From: Acaryochloridaceae cyanobacterium VAR_48_metabat_390
Lineage (GTDB): Bacteria > Cyanobacteriota > Cyanobacteriia > Thermosynechococcales > Thermosynechococcaceae
Assembly: GCA_031422435.1 (NCBI GenBank)
Contig: JANPLU010000119.1
Span: forward strand, 1-30,925
Direction of reading: 5' to 3'
DNA length: 30,925 nucleotides
Shown: positions 29,406 to 30,925 of the stretch, one piece after another
Layout: the number at the start of each line of letters is the position of its first letter
How positions within the stretch are numbered: position 1 is the stretch's first letter
Made by a program: the position numbers and the translations under genes
Notes under the pieces: generated by a model
What the model saw: the letters and a program-made list of their open reading frames with translations, nothing else
What the model was told of the DNA's origin: nothing
Databases searched by the model: none

Positions 29406-30925
29406 TTATTCGGTTTGACAGGCCATAGAACCCGATTTTTGGCTAAACAGCAGGTTTTCGCGGTAGTCAATGGGACAGTCGATCACCGTAGGAACCGTCT
29501 GGGAGAGCGCATCTTTGAGGATGGGCAAAAATTCTGCGCTGCTGGTGACGCGATAACCCTTGAGTCCCATGCTTTCGGCGAGCTTCACAAAGTCAGGGTT
29601 GCTAAACTTAATGAAGGAAGAGGATCCAAAGTGCTGCATCTGTTTCCATTCAATTAGGCCATAGCCACCATCGTTAAAAATGAGCGTGACGAAGGGCGTA
29701 TTGAGGCGCAGAGCAGTTTCGAGTTCCTGCATGTTCATCATGAAGCCGCCATCGCCTGTGGCAGCAACAATACGGCGGTTGGGATGCACCAATTTGGCGG
29801 CGATCGCCCCTGGTATGGCAATGCCCATCGCTGCAAAGCCGTTAGAGATGAGGCAGGTGTTGGGCAGGGCGCAGTGGTAGTGACGGGCAATCCACATTTT
29901 GTGGGCACCCACATCGGAAATTAAAATATCCTCATCGTCTAAAACATGGCGCAGATCGTAGATGAGCTTTTGGGGTCGAATGGGGAACCCGTCGTCTTGG
30001 GCGTACTGTTCGTAGTCGGCAATAATTGCGGGACGTAGAGAGAGGGCGTAGGGGTTGGGCTTTTGGGTGCGATCGCAGCGTTTGAGAATTTCTTGAAGCG
30101 AGTCTGAAATATCCCCTACCACCTCGACTTGGGGGATGTAGCTGCTGTCAATTTCAGCGGGGCTGGCGCTGATGTGCAGAATAGGGATATCGCCCGTGGG
30201 GTTCCATTTTTTGGGGGAGTATTCAATCAGGTCGTAGCCGATGGCAATGACCAAATCAGTACGGTCAAAGCCGCAGCTAATGTAGTCTCGCTGCTGTAGC
30301 CCCACTGCCCACAGTGCCAACGGGTGAGTATAGGGAATTACGCCCTTACCCATGAAGGTATTGGCAACAGGTAAGTTAAGCCGCGTCGCAAACTCTGTCA
30401 GCGCCTCAGCCGCCTGGGCACGAATCGCACCGTTCCCTACAAGTATTAAAGGGTTGTCAGCTTTAGCGAGAGCCACCGCCGCTAGATCTAGACTATGGAA
30501 AGAGGCGTAAACCTGATCTAAATCATTTTTGTGGAGTGGATACCCCTGGGCAGGCATTGCCGCCACATTTTCGGGCACGTCAATATGTACGGCACCTGGT
30601 TTTTCGGTTTGGGCAACCTTGAAGGCTTTGCGGACAATCTCGGCGGTGCTGTTGGGCTGGACAATTTGTCTGCTCCACTGGGTGACAGGGGCAAACATTG
30701 CGACCAAGTCTAGGTACTGATGAGACTCAATGTGCATCCGGTCGGTGCTGACCTGCCCCGTAATGGCGACGAGGGGTGCGCCATCTAAGTTGGCATCTGC
30801 AACCCCCGTCATAAGGTTCGTGGCACCAGGGCCAAGGGTAGAGAGACAAACGCCCGCCTGTCCAGTTAATCTGCCGTACACATCTGCCATAAAGGCCGCG
30901 CCCTGCTCATGACGACAGGTCACAA
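29406..30925 (-). CDS. ogdA: ThDP-dependent acetolactate-synthase-like enzyme, most likely 2-oxoglutarate decarboxylase (5' end outside window)
   Basis: RHEQGAAFMAD, TLGPGATNL, SDVGAHKMW, ThDP motif GDGGFMM...NDGGYG. DRMHIESHQYLDL and the C-terminal FSQKSG...C match my recollection of Synechocystis Sll1981. Confidence 0.85.
   Translation of the reverse strand, partial: VTCRHEQGAAFMADVYGRLTGQAGVCLSTLGPGATNLMTGVADANLDGAPLVAITGQVSTDRMHIESHQYLDLVAMFAPVTQWSRQIVQPNSTAEIVRKAFKVAQTEKPGAVHIDVPENVAAMPAQGYPLHKNDLDQVYASFHSLDLAAVALAKADNPLILVGNGAIRAQAAEALTEFATRLNLPVANTFMGKGVIPYTHPLALWAVGLQQRDYISCGFDRTDLVIAIGYDLIEYSPKKWNPTGDIPILHISASPAEIDSSYIPQVEVVGDISDSLQEILKRCDRTQKPNPYALSLRPAIIADYEQYAQDDGFPIRPQKLIYDLRHVLDDEDILISDVGAHKMWIARHYHCALPNTCLISNGFAAMGIAIPGAIAAKLVHPNRRIVAATGDGGFMMNMQELETALRLNTPFVTLIFNDGGYGLIEWKQMQHFGSSSFIKFSNPDFVKLAESMGLKGYRVTSSAEFLPILKDALSQTVPTVIDCPIDYRENLLFSQKSGSMACQTE

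Larger units (their letters stand above)
371..30076. repeat. Dispersed HIP1 octamer (GCGATCGC), about 22 copies
   Basis: Seen at 371, 3744, 4033, 5937, 8698, 9809, 11205, 13540, 15829, 17264, 18383, 19310, 20900, 21614, 22435, 23278, 24239, 27090, 27169, 27743, 29800 and 30069. Fewer than one copy is expected by chance in 31 kb. Confidence 0.9.

Noticed and set aside
1..30925. CRISPR arrays, tRNA/rRNA genes, IS elements, prophage or defence genes
   Set aside because: No spaced direct repeats, cloverleafs, or transposase/integrase ORFs were seen on reading the intergenic regions.

Overview
Almost all of the window (321-30925) is cyanobacterial core chromosome. About 22 HIP1 GCGATCGC octamers were counted by eye, and the gene order and protein signatures are cyanobacterial. 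It holds the minus-strand S10-spc-alpha ribosomal superoperon (rplC through rplQ and truA, including rpmJ, which the ORF track missed). After that come an M50/EGY-like protease, gcvH, a DUF3155-like basic protein, nfuA, a YnbB-type PLP enzyme, desC, uvrB, trxA, the Yfr1 sRNA, guaB3 and gap1. The right end has a divergent cupin/LysR pair, a conserved hypothetical gene and a 5'-truncated ThDP enzyme that is most likely 2-oxoglutarate decarboxylase. The first ~320 bp do not belong with the rest: they are the 3' end of pstB and the 5' end of a proteobacterial-type phoU, fused head-on into truA, and both phoU and truA are truncated at about 320/321. This is most likely a chimeric join. I found no CRISPR array, tRNA, rRNA, transposase or phage gene, and no clearly novel system. 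The best leads are the LysR plus uncharacterised cupin module, the DUF3155 gene and its promoter, and several structured intergenic elements.
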